A stretch of 64,000 nucleotides of DNA from Ramazzottius varieornatus (Eukaryota > Animalia > Tardigrada). The stretch lies in NCBI GenBank assembly GCA_001949185.1, contig BDGG01000013.1, positions 1,127,226 to 1,191,225 of the forward strand. The letters are read 5' to 3'. The position numbers and the translations under genes are program-made. Position 1 is the stretch's first letter, and every line of letters starts with the position of its first letter. Below the pieces are notes generated by a model that was given only the letters and a program-made list of their open reading frames with translations, made no database searches and was not told the DNA's origin. Shown piece after piece: positions 23,570 to 35,755 of the stretch.

Positions 23570-25500
23570 AGCAATGGAAGAAGGACTTGTCAGGAAGGAA
23601 GCCTTCATGTAGTTAATACCTGGCTGTGAAATGGAGGCTGGGTAAAGTACCCGAATAATGCATGACAAATGCTGCAGGACTCCTGATCACTTACAGTCGG
23701 GCCTTTGCTACACATCCACATCTGCTGGCCATGCGGCTGGAACTCTTCAGCCCGTAGATTGTCAGCTTAGCACTCCAATAACGGATGTTGCTCCGGAGCA
23801 AACGTACGCTAACAGCTTCAGTCAGATACACGTACCCAAGGACTGGCAACGATCTGGTCATATCCACATTTTGCCTTGTATGAGATGAAGGCTATCGGTG
23901 GATGGCGGAGTAAGCAGTCTGCAGAAGGAAGGGAATACTGTACAATCTGAGCCCTTTGATCTGATCGATCCTGCCTCAACCCAGCCGGCTCTTCGGTAAT
24001 GCTCGGTACCGGCTGTTCCAGAAAATAACGACGCTTGGAGTTCTTGAAACACGAGAGCGAACGTATCATTACGTCAAACATACCCTCCGTCCGTGTACAC
24101 AAGCAGGTATAAGTACACGTAAAAGAACTTCTAACAACAGGGCACTTCTTAAAACCCGCAACTACGGGGAGAAAAGGCGTGAAACTCGCTGGACCACGGT
24201 CTCTACATAAGGATTTGACATGACGTCAAAAACAGTCGAGATTCGCGTGAGATTCTGTCCGCATAAAATGTATACTCCAAAAAAATTATCGCTGCGTTTT
24301 TTGCGGTTTGGGCTCTGAAGATCTTAGAAACCTTGCTTCACATGTATGAAACATTCCACTGCCAACTCAATTTCATTCCAAGCAAAAAACAGTGACCTAA
24401 ATAGCATACTGTAAGTCTGTAACTGCGGGACACGAAACGTTGAGGTTGTCTCTAGAACAAAGTCTCCTGTTTCTGGCGTGCGTGTTCGGCAACAGTATCG
24501 ACAGTCGGTAATACAAGAGCTCTTGTGTAACTACAGGATACACAATATCCCTCTTTCCCCCTCGAGCTCAGTTCCACACAACTGCGTGTTGAATACACAT
24601 TCCGCCAGTGGCTCAACACGTGCAAGTGAAGCGGACAACCCGCAATCAATAGGCATCAAGGCTCAGCTGAATACCCGCCCAAACTGTTTCAAGCCAGAAA
24701 TTAAAGTAGGATTTGCACGGGTGGCGGTTTCGGCAGATTGCTTTCAGTGAAAGAGGATAACTTCTGTTTGGTTGAATTGTTTCCCCAAAGTGCCACAGCT
24801 GGATCAACAAACGCCTTCTTGATTGGTAAGGACCAATTTACGATCTATCTCATCAAGATCACTGACGCGGTAAAACAAACCCTCCTGCGCGGGACCACTT
24901 TGCATGTCAACGCTCAAATCTCCTAGTATCCAAACAAAGCTGCGTTGATTAAACTCATCTTCCAGCATTGTTCTTTACGAGAACTGACTTCTCCGTCAAA
25001 AGGCCTTTCTGCTTATGCACTGTTACTGTTTGTCCGCCCTCACTGTTGAAAGCATGGAAATTAAACGGAGATGGTGCAATCAAGTGTTCAACACAGATTT
25101 CAGCAAGAAATAGAGGAGGAGATCTGGAAGAGAAGGAAGGGAAGTTTCCACTCACATCTGTCCAAACTTTCTTTCTTCCATCCTCCAGGGTTTGCTGAAG
25201 TTTGTTGTCCGCATTGTGGCTAAGAGCCCACTGCGAAACTTCGATCTGTTCTCTGGCGTTATAAGAAACTGTCGAGGAGGAAGTAAAGAAGGGCCTATGT
25301 TGAGAGGGAAACAGTACTACGTTATTGTGCTCGAGTGTTTCCTGTCCCGACAAGGGGGCTCAGGGTAGAGAGTTTTCGAAAACTTGGGTGCGGCCTTGAA
25401 GCAGCAAATTCAGTTTTTTTCTGCATGATAAGACTGGTGTAGTACCAATGACGAGCTTTGCGAAAATGGGAGACTGGCTAAACCTCACAGGAGCGAAAAG
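23570..25500 (-). pseudogene. Probable heavily decayed VPS50/syndetin (CCDC132) pseudogene
   Basis: Colinear fragments resembling recalled VPS50 segments: NKLQQTLEDGRKKVWTD (~25200), ANPTL..LKQFGR..LMPI (~24700), LLRHPPIAF..GYDQIV (~23880), NYMKASFLT (~23600). Many stops and frameshifts. Confidence 0.5.
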
Positions 25501-25572
25501 TGCCCGAGAGTGAACAAATCTCACGTTCAAAACAGTTACAACAAACACAGCCGGACAACACTGTAGTGCTGA

Positions 25573-25680
25573 TACAACGTCGGAAATGCATCCCTTCTGG
25601 TGATCACGTGGTGTAGCCCACCATGAATCAGTGTCAGTAAGCCACGGAACTATCAGAAGGGATGCATTTCCGACATTGTA
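25573..25680. repeat. Short TA-bounded hairpin (Stowaway/Tc1-mariner-type MITE candidate)
   Basis: 27-bp arms TACAACGTCGGAAATGCATCCCTTCTG and CAGAAGGGATGCATTTCCGACATTGTA (1 mismatch). TA at both ends. Confidence 0.7.
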
Positions 25681-26043
25681 GTCTATCGCGCACTCAGTCA
25701 CGTGATGAGTTATCGCTATCCAGTGTGATCAGATGTCATCAGTTTAGCCTGTGTGACTCACACCCGGGCATCGTTTACTGTTCGCGTGGTTCAATGTGCG
25801 ATAAACGTGAGCTCTGCAGTAGCTGAAAAAACATGCTTGGCATATCAGTTTCGATGTTCAACTGCAAGAGACTCGAGATAAAACTTAGCGTGTTTCTGTT
25901 AGGTCAAATTGGTACAGATGGAACCCACGACAGAATGGAACTGCAAACTCGACCACACCAAAATCGTTACCCGAGCTCTACGTTCTGCAACTGTGGTGCA
26001 GCTTGATCAAATGTAGTTGCCCTTTTTGGAAAGCAAAGAAAAA

Positions 26044-26349
26044 TCAGGGGCCGGAGCGTCCAAAAAAGGGGTTGGTTAGTGCTGGCGCTGTGGAGCTCCT
26101 TCCTGCAAGCACACGCTTCTCGTCAGTGACTGGGTTCGCTGTTGTTGGTTCATCCAGGACGCCGCCTCTTGGAGACTTTGCAGTCTCGTAGGAGAACTTG
26201 CCTTCGACTCTCATGGCTCCTCCCGCCAAAAAATTGTCCAAGATCTTCGCGATACTACTGTCGGATTCTCCCGACGATCGTCCTGTGCTTGAGTTGATCT
26301 GGATAAGGCAGCAACTGGCAGCCAGCAGTAAGTACGGGTACGCCGACAT
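26044..26349 (-). CDS. Candidate neuropeptide precursor (101 aa), predicted amidated peptide ending -NPFFamide
   Basis: Signal-like N-terminus MSAYPYLLLAASCCLIQINSS. Dibasic KR site, then VLAGR-SSTAPALTNPFF-GR-SGP-stop. Confidence 0.6.
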   Translation of the reverse strand: MSAYPYLLLAASCCLIQINSSTGRSSGESDSSIAKILDNFLAGGAMRVEGKFSYETAKSPRGGVLDEPTTANPVTDEKRVLAGRSSTAPALTNPFFGRSGP

Positions 26350-27093
26350 TTGAAGGAAGGAAGCCAACCCGAAATCAGAATTCACAAGTCTGCCTCGACC
26401 TCTTATCAATGGCAACCTGGAGCTTGACTATCGTAAGTCAATCATACTCGGATATTTGTCGAGTTGGAGCGTCGTTTCTTCACGTGTGCGAAATTTTCCA
26501 GTGCTGGATTGTCTTCATGTCACGGTTTGCCTGTTCGACGGAACGTGATAATCAACGGGACTTAAATATGGCGGCACAACCTCGAAGAAAGTACACTGCG
26601 AGCCTGTAACGTACATCGTTTGCTGACGTTCATGTTTTTATCATGTAGGATTGTAGACAAATAAACTACAGTAGATATTCTGTGAACCAACTGGACTAGC
26701 GTCCACCCCAGTAATCTCCATTGTGAAAGGGGAGAAGATCAGACCACCAAGTCTCTATACGACAAACAAAGGCATCCATTATTCGATCATCAGACTGTCT
26801 GTGCCAATAAAAGACCAAAAGAATCGTAACAGAGAATTTCGAAGAGCAAAATTATATTGGATTAGGACCAAAGGGTGAATGGGAAGTCGGAATTGACCTA
26901 ACTCACAGTAAAGTGTAACAAACATTTGAAATTCTCCCACTTGAAGAGTAACGAAAGAATAGTGCACCGCATAAGGCTAACGGTCCAAAGGGGGGGGGAG
27001 CAAGCGTAAAGAAGATTTTGTACAAAGGGTTCATCGGAAAGAATTTGTTAGTACAAAAAATATAGAAGTGTTCCCTATTGACAGTCTTCCGTT

Positions 27094-30000
27094 TCACGCC
27101 TCCACAGCGCTCTTGACAGACTCGGCATCGCCCATGGCGGCACCACTGTGCGAAGAAGGACTCTTCTCCAGGGAGGCCGCACCGATCTTCCGTGACACCT
27201 CTCTTCAAAAAGAAAAAGACAAAAGTTAGCATCGGCAATTAGAAATTTCATTCCTGGAGCTGAATACATCAACATTGGTCCTGTGTTTCGTTTCACTAGC
27301 GCACTTTACACACTATGTTGATGGACAGCTGAACCATTACTAAAAGCTTATACGTGCTGCCAGAGAGAAACAAAAGCGTGGGAGGTATATAATACAGCCC
27401 CTTCGGGCCACATCGCTACCACTTGAAAAATAGCGCTTCAGAAAATCAACAAAGATAGTTTCTCCTTGTTTTGCACGGTGTTTCATGCAGAGTTTCAAGC
27501 TGATTCCATGAAACCATAGCGCGTTCCAGTTCAGTGAGAGACAACCCGGGAAAAAACTGAAAGTTTGACTTCCGGTTGGGAAGACGTAGTGCCAAGGAGA
27601 AACAATTATCTCACATACCCCATTTCTAAGCAGCAGCTTCTAGCTTCAATTTGAAAGGTGTAAAACTGTTTAGTTCATCATAGAAAACCAAAAACAAGGA
27701 CAAGAAAGTAGAGCTGATTTACAAACTAAATTTGGAACTTGGAATTTGGCCGATTTGCCGGGAAACTCCCTTCCACGTCAAACATTACAACTTTTGATTC
27801 GGGCGGTACATTTCTGCTTTTAAGCATGTCGCAGGTAGCTTGGTTATTGTTCCATTTGTTTCAACTGTTAACAGCACAGAAAAAGCAGACAAAATCAAGA
27901 AAATGATTTTTGAAAAATGCCTAGAAATCTGCAAAAGTTGTCATCTTTTTCGAGGGTCTTTCGTTGTGACAAAAATTCGTCATGCGGCCGTGTCTCGTAC
28001 AATTTGTCAAGTTTTGTTCTTGATTATGATACGCTATTGTTTTTGCTATCTACGAATGCCATTTTCGACGCGAGAACGCTTTGATGGAGAGAGCTCTGAT
28101 TTTCAGAAGGTGGTAGCGATGTGGCCCGAACGGGCTGTATATCTTTACCTTTTGCCAAGAATCGATCCAGCTAAGGCTTTCGTGCTGGCGTCATCCTCCG
28201 TGGCTTCCAGGTAATCCAAGTCCGTCGATGTGGTCTCCAGAGTGAGACGATCAGCCAGGCTGTAGTTGAACGAATCACTACTCATACTTTGTCTACGTCT
28301 GAAAACACGAGAAGGGATGATCAAAATGATATTCCGAGACGGAGAATCCGACTTCCGGAAATTTTCAGGCACAAAATTACTTTTTCTATTTCAGGCGTCC
28401 CGAACTTACACGGCGCAACATGCAAAGTATGGATCCACCCTCATAGAAATCGAGGTGAAAAATGCAGATTAACATTTCTGATAGTCTAAAAAATTCTTAG
28501 TTTTGAGAGCTTCTAAAAAAATAACTGGATAAAGTGAAACGATTAAGAAAGCGTGAAAGTACCAAGAAGTGAGCAACAGGGCTTACGCGGAAAGGTGAAA
28601 GGCAAGGGTGGAGGCACTATCAAAGTTGGGCCTGTCTTCCTCGTTGATGCGCAGTCTAGCCACCGCATCATCGCGTTCGTCCGTCAGCCTTACCGCGTCG
28701 CCATCTGCAATTGACGAGTGGCCTGACGGATCCATGATGATCAGCTTCTTCTGACTGTGTGCGTCACACGAGTCCATGGAAAACTCCCCGATAGACGCCG
28801 TTTGATCCTTCGAAGCCCAACCAAACAATGCACCAAAGACTATCAATATTCATGAAAAGGAACCTTACCTGAATTTGGTTGTTGTTGTGGTTAATTTCAG
28901 CCCGATGTCGGATCCTAGCAGAAGAGACTTCAGTGACGCTCTTCGTGTCTTGATTGACAAAGACCACGTCATTCTCATCCAAGACCATCATCATGCGTAG
29001 CATCAGCTGCTCATCGGGTGACTTGCTGCCGTGACCGTGGAGCTGTTGGGTGACAATGTCCAGCGAGGAACCGTCACCTGCCATGCTGGAATGTCGCAGA
29101 TGCGTCAAACCTGAAACCGGTAACCTCGGTTAGTCTTATTACAAGTGTATTTTTCTAAGTGGCGCACAGCTCCAGCTAATAACAGTGAACACTTGCGCGA
29201 CTTCGGAAAATAATCTTGTCCAGTTTGTTTAATGGCGCATTGTTTCAGTTAATCACACTGACAACGTGCGCCACTTGGCAGAACAATCTTGTGTAGTTTG
29301 GTTCAGCCGGACTGCAGTCTGTCGGCTAAGGCCTACCTGACGTGGAGACTTCATCGTCACCGCCAGGGGGAATCACAGCGTCGATATCAGTAGACAGGTT
29401 GGAGGTGGAGTTGGCCACCGAGTTGTGCGACTGTGAAGCGTTACGACAAGTACCACCATTACGGCATAATGAGAACGGAACCACGCCGTATACGTAAGCC
29501 AACATCAATGGTACTCCAAACCCTGGTGAAAAAAGAGCGTTGGATTAAAGGGCGACACATATGGTGGGAAGGACGGATCTACGCACCAACAACGAGGGTG
29601 GCGACTGCAGGTGCGATCAACACAGCACCCGTGACGCCACTAGCCACGGCCATGTTGCGTTTATAGCGTTTACTGAAGATCAGCTTGCGGTGGATCTTTC
29701 GACCGACCCAGATGGGTATGCCGATAATCATGGAAGGAACTGCGACACCAGCCACGAGAGCGATGCCGATGGGCGCGCCGATCAGCGTCCCAATCTGGCA
29801 TATCAACTTCTTCTTGCGACTCCAAGGTTTCTTTCCCCAGAAGGTACAACCAGTCGGCCTATAAAAACATGCAAAATGTTGCAGTGTAACTTCCAGATCA
29901 AGAAAAGTTACAAAAAGCCATAAAAGACGTAAAAGTTGCTTCACATCAGCATGCGTGACGCCACAGAAGTCCGTCATGCACCTACCTACACGTTAGCACA

Positions 30001-33000
30001 ACAGGACCCAGGCACGCTGTATGTAGGTGCCCGACACACATACATACAGTAACGAAAATCACAAGACAAGTTCCACCCTACCGCGAACCAGCTCATAGAA
30101 CCAGCGCTGTATGCAGGTGCCTGATGTCGACACAATAGATAACGATCGTATAACACTATAACTACAAGTCTAGAAACGTTACGTACGAAAGAAAATGCAG
30201 ATCGGATATTTCTTTCATGCACAGCCAGCAGAAATCAGCGCCACAGATGGTGCACGTCATGTGGTTGCAGGAGCCGTCGTCCATCTTGGCAATGAGAGCT
30301 CTGCAGCGTGGACAAGGCTTGATCTTTCCCAGGAGCGAAGACGGGGCTGCCGAGAAAAGCGCGTTGCCTGCTACCCGTCGAAAGGTCACAGCACCCACCG
30401 CAGCCGCCGTCGCCATGTTCAGTCCGAAGCGTTGAGCACGGGCTTCGTCGCATGTGGAGACGGGATGCCACATTCCGGCACAGTGGTAGCAGAATGCCGT
30501 CCCGCATTCTTCCCGCTCGCAGACCAGACGCGGACATTCGGCACAACCTGCTGCAATCACGGCGTATCTGTAAAGAGGAAGAACAGAGATTTCGTAGTTG
30601 AGAACAACACGATTCGGGCCATCCTACACAGCAGGTAACTTGAAGAAATCAAATGCTGTGCCCAGATGCAAGATACGTAAAAAAGGGTTAAATTCACGGA
30701 ACTGCATACAGTGCGACCGGAAAAATTCATCACGTGAAGTATGCACGTGCAAGATACACACGCTAGTCACGCACCAGCATGCAATACGCAACCGAAAACT
30801 TAGTGAGCTAATCAGAACCTAAATAATCTTGATACGATTTCGACCCTCCGGTCGAAGCTAATGTTAAATGTATCAAGTCGTTTTCGCGTCTAAGGGATCG
30901 TTCATTTATTACGTAAGACACGGTAAAATGAATGGTTCAAAGCGGCATACATTTAATTTCCTTTGCGGGGTGGGTGGGGTAGGTATCTTTGATCTTTCTT
31001 ACGTAATAAGTGAACGATCCCTAAGTTAATTTTGATATGATATACTAGCCTTATATGTTGACATATTTTTCTATGTGGGCCATTTTATGGGCCATTTTGT
31101 ACCTAATTTAATGCTGATCTAAAGTTTTTCTCGGGAGTCATCTAGTAACTGTCAGTATAATATATTAGATGAGAAAAGCATCTAATGTTGATATAATATT
31201 GGTACCGTATATACCAAGATCAGTAGAAGAAATCACAACATCATGTATGCAGATTCGAGATAGAAAACGTGCACAAGCCTCAAGGCGCGCAATGCGTGTT
31301 ATACATCACAAACCAGGGTTCAACGCACGCTGCGCCCGACATGGGCATCAGTACGCAGGTGAACTCAACGAAAATCGATTACTTATGAACGGGAAAGATC
31401 GATAAGCAAGCATTGTCGCCCTATTTTTACAACGATTATCAACTCAGTGTCCTGTTAATGATGGACTTTTACCCCTTTACATACCCGCAATCAGGTGCCG
31501 GGCACCACCGCGTGTCAACGTCGAAGGCTAGGACGCGACGAATCATAAACTGCTCGTACTTTTGCAGCATGACTGGATCATTGAGGACTGCCTGAACATC
31601 GTTAGGGTGTAATGGAGCATCACATTCGGGACAAGTTAAATCCACCTGTAACCAGAATCAAGAACAAAGTCAAGCATGGAAAGTGGAAACAAAAAGATCC
31701 CCTCCCATAATCATCCACCCCATTGCATTTGTTTCAGCAAGAAAAGGGCCAACATCATCTGAATTCAATTCCCTATTGGATACAGCTTCATTTGACCAAC
31801 TAATTGCCACTTTCGAGCTGACACGCCAGAACGAATATGTGTCTTCATTTGGCGGCTCGTAAAGCAACCTCGGTAAAGCTGTTCTCAGAAGTGGCGCACG
31901 GTTTCATTGTGAATAGCTGGAAGCGTCGCCACTTAGAAAAACAATCCTGCCCAGTCTAAAAACGGAACGATTTCTTCTAGGTGATTAGCGAGATTACAAT
32001 TCAATATATGGTATTCTGTCTGTTTCTTCTTCTTGCTGTACTACCTAGAAAGAAAGCAGACAGATCGGTTAGACTCACCCGGCTTTCGGTAATCTGCACC
32101 GTCAGGTACTGACGATAGCATAGTCGACAAGCGGCGTGTCGACAACGCATGTTCTTGTCCAAGACGGGGAATTCACTGGCAGGGAAGAAGCCGTAGCAGA
32201 TGCCACAACATTTACTACCGACTTCTTCCTGACTAGTTTCACCTAAAGACGCTGCAAAAGAGACTATCGCGACGGTACTCTGGGGCATTTCACGTAGCAC
32301 TTGGAGGTTGTTGGGTGATGAGCGTGAAGAGACGGACGAGGCCTTTCGTTCAGCTTTGCGCGACTGGGAACTGTTGGAACGGGCTTTGGTGGTACTGCTG
32401 TTGCTGCCAGAGGAAGGAGGAAGCGACGAGGCGGAAGAGGAAGGTGAGAAGAAGGTCCGGGAGATGAAGTTACGGAGGGAAATGCGGTCTGGCCGCGTCT
32501 TGCGCTCTTTGGACGTCGTCGATGACTGCGCCACGGAAGTCACCGATTTCCGCAGATTATTGTCGGACTGCGAAGACAGCACCCGCTGACTAAGGTTCTT
32601 CTGTGACTCCGACATCCCTGTAAACAAGCAGAGCCTGAGTAAGGTCAGAAGTCACGGTCGAAACTTCAAAGAAAAGTCAAAAATCCCATTCCCCAATCCC
32701 CAAACATCAGACTCAACCCCACCGCTTGCCATAACTGATGGCAAGCTAAACCGCCGAAATATCCCCCGATTACATAACTAGCAACAACACCGTCTAAGAA
32801 GCGATATCTTTCGCCAGTATGAGGTTCTGAAGTGTCGAGCTCGGTTTCGAGATCAACAAAGCTATACCGGACATGTTTCGTTAAGGAGAAGAAATGTGGG
32901 AACTTGTTTACCGGACTCCGTGAGGCCACAAAGCGTAGATGTCCCAGGGGTCCGTCCATTCAACACAGGGGTGTGAGGACCATTATCCCCAGACTGCGTC

Positions 33001-33161
33001 TGGAGATTGTTCTCGACGGAGTTGCTGGTTGATCCTCCCGACAGAATCTCCGACTTGCTGGACTTTCGGTCAAAGTTAGTATTGTCGGTGGTCGAAACGG
33101 TAAGAGACTTCTTGCTGGAGCTGCTGGTCGTGCTGGAAGGACGAGTCTTTCGCTTGTTCAT
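27094..33161 (-). CDS. RNF19: RBR E3 ubiquitin ligase RNF19 (Dorfin) family
   Basis: RING1 [18 protein letters not shown]; [23 protein letters not shown]; RING2 [26 protein letters not shown]; RNF19 signature [29 protein letters not shown]; TM segments; [19 protein letters not shown]. About 10 exons, the last being 27202-27094. Confidence 0.93.
30894..31021. mobile_element. Tourist/PIF-Harbinger-type MITE (128 bp) in an RNF19 intron
   Basis: 25-bp TIRs GGGATCGTTCA(T/C)TTATTACGTAAGA (1 mismatch). TAA target duplication at 30891-30893 and 31022-31024. Confidence 0.85.
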
Positions 33162-34469
33162 CCTTGCTGCCTCCTGCTGCCGAAGACGGACAGACTTTTA
33201 CTTCTCGCCTCTTTCGATGACTGCTCTGGGCATCGGCGGATTAGGAAGACGTGGACTTCATGATGGAGCTGAATGCTGTAGTGCTCGACAATACTACAGG
33301 TGGAACACGGCAGTAAAAAGGTAGGCAAAAGGCTTATAACAACAACAGGAGTGACAAGTTCTTTTGATGCCACAACTCCACAGCATGTTCATAACGGTAT
33401 TGGGTGTGGCCTTCTTCCTGCCGAAAATCTAAGTTAAGCCACGTGATGACTTACAGTAATGTTATTGTCTGTACGCCACGTGACTATGCCATCTACTCTG
33501 ACACCACCAACCCGTGCACAAGCTCAACAAGTTTTAAGGCAAAGTCCATTGCACTGTAGTTACGGCATTTTCTGGACGTGCGATCCGGCCAGCAAAAAGT
33601 TATCATCTTTTTCTACGAAGAAGTATCAGATACTCCGCATTTCGCTACCTTCTGTTATGACCAGTTTTCCAGGTTCAACCAGGAGTAGTAGGAGATTTCC
33701 AGCCTCGGTTGAGTGGTGGTCCTCCTTGGCCTGACGTTTCTTGATTTTGGTTCAGCGTGCAACCAGACCTGCCATCAAAGCCTCGTGTATTTTGTTCATG
33801 AGTCCCAGGCTTGTGGTCTTACACATACCGTTAGTACTTCTTGAAAAGGATACGATAGCGAGTAAATAGGATGGTTTGGTCGGCGGTCACTAAGGTTGTT
33901 TAAATTTAATCAATTTTAATTGTTTCAGTGGAAGTCAAACTTACCCCAAAACCGGCTTTTCGTTACATTGCTGTTCGAGCCGGTGGTGACGAACATGAGG
34001 GGAAAGTTCCTATCCCAAGAGAAAATCAAGAAGCTCGATGAGAAAACTTCCGAGGACCGCCGGTGTAAGATCGTCGATCATCCCGATCCAGAGAACTGTC
34101 CGTCATCGGCACTGATCAGGTGGTCTGAACCATGTTCCAACACTTCACGGGTGTACTAAATTACCGAAGAGAAAACAATTTCGTTTCTTATTGTTTCCGA
34201 GGGTTCCAAGACGGTTTCCGCTTTTGCTGTCACCGATGGTAGTCCCGTGCATGCGGTCTCCGCACTGCCTAATAAGGCAGCGCCACCTTCCTTAGATTAC
34301 CATCGAGATTTCAACGAGGTGGTCTCTAGTAAGCCTATGGAGTGAGACTCTGAGATGACATTTTGAAAAGACTAGGATGAGCCTAACTTAGGCTCTCAAC
34401 GACTGATAGCCTAATGAGACGGAGACGGTTTCTTGAACTTTGAACATAAAAGTGTTACTACTGAAAGAT

Positions 34470-34592
34470 ATAGTAACATATAAGATAATGAATATATATA
34501 ATAAAATATAATATAATGAAAGATGTAATATAAGGTAAATATAATAAAGATATAATGAAAGATAATACTATAATGCTATATTATAACTATAG
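34470..34592. repeat. AT-rich low-complexity (TAA/ATA-rich) tract
   Basis: Degenerate ATATAATAAAG-like units next to the assembly gap. Confidence 0.7.
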
Positions 34593-34635
34593 TACACGCA
34601 TGTGGGGAGGCACGTGAGGATGGACAAAAATGTGG

Positions 34636-34685
34636 NNNNNNNNNNNNNNNNNNNNNNNNNNNNNNNNNNNNNNNNNNNNNNNNNN
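34636..34685. other. Assembly gap (50 N)
   Basis: Run of N. Confidence 0.99.
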
Positions 34686-34711
34686 ACATTATCGTCCATC
34701 CCCACATTTAG

Positions 34712-35404
34712 GGCATATGCTAAAACCAGGGCCTGGACTGGATCGGTGGATCCCTGTATCTGGATTCTGTATCTGGATTTCCCCTGGATCTGTACTCTGT
34801 ATCTGGACTGACGTACATTTTAAAAATTAAAAATACAATATGCAGCCGAAAATTTTCCGAATAATATTCTACAAAAATGGAGTGTTGTCTCTGTACGTAA
34901 ATTCACATAACTACGCAGTAACGGCCACCGATGCAACTCGACCGGCTTATCACGCTCCTAATGTTGAGACCGTGAAGGGCGCCAGTCTGCAACAGAACAA
35001 CAAAGCTGCAGGGAGAATTTTTACAGACAATGAAGTGAAGGACCAGCCTTAAATGAGAATCTTTTGGCGCTCACACGATAGCGATATTGCTTCATCAGTG
35101 TCTGATGCACAAATGCAATAACGGTCGACGTTTTGTTCCTCATTTCCGTCTTTTTGATACTGTTATTTGAAACGTAATCCGACATTTTCGTGAGTGTTAT
35201 TCTGCCTCTTGGTCGCCACGTCATCCAGCGGAAATGAGGCCGAAAACGACAGCAGAGAGAAAAAAATTTTTGTCATTCACCTGTCACCTCCGTTTTAAAA
35301 TATGATAGTCCAGATACAGAGTACAGATCCAGGCGTAATCCAGATACAGAATCCAGATACAGGGATCCACCGATCCAGTCCAGGCCCTGGTTTTAGCATA
35401 TGCC
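34712..35404. mobile_element. Non-autonomous Mutator-like (MULE) element, 693 bp
   Basis: ~100-bp nearly perfect TIRs starting GGCATATGCTAAAACCAGGGCCTGGACTGGATCGG, with internal CTGTATCTGGA subrepeats. 9-bp direct repeat CACATTTAG at 34703-34711 and 35405-35413. Confidence 0.85.
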
Positions 35405-35755
35405 CACATTTAGGCCAAGCACGTGTACTATACATATTTAGATATAGCAGTCTCACCGGCTTGGTACTCCTTTGTACTCGCACATGATACATCGAACGTC
35501 AGTTTTGAAAGTGTTTGACCTGGACCTTTCAAATGCGGCAGCGGGCTTGACTGCCTCGCTGGACCTCGATGCAACGGAGAAGTCTTTCTGTTCTGATGTA
35601 CCGTAGTCTTCTTTTTTTATTCAGGTCAGGAATTGCATACGAAACTCGAAAAGCAAAAAGCAAACGGAAGAACGAAAAACTTTGGCTTCAGTGATATCCA
35701 ACCCTGTAATCACAAGTTAATTCGAGGAACCTCAATCTACGAGTAGACACGTAGT

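Noticed and set aside
33460-34330. Short ORFs upstream of RNF19
   Set aside because: No recognisable homology or consistent splice structure.
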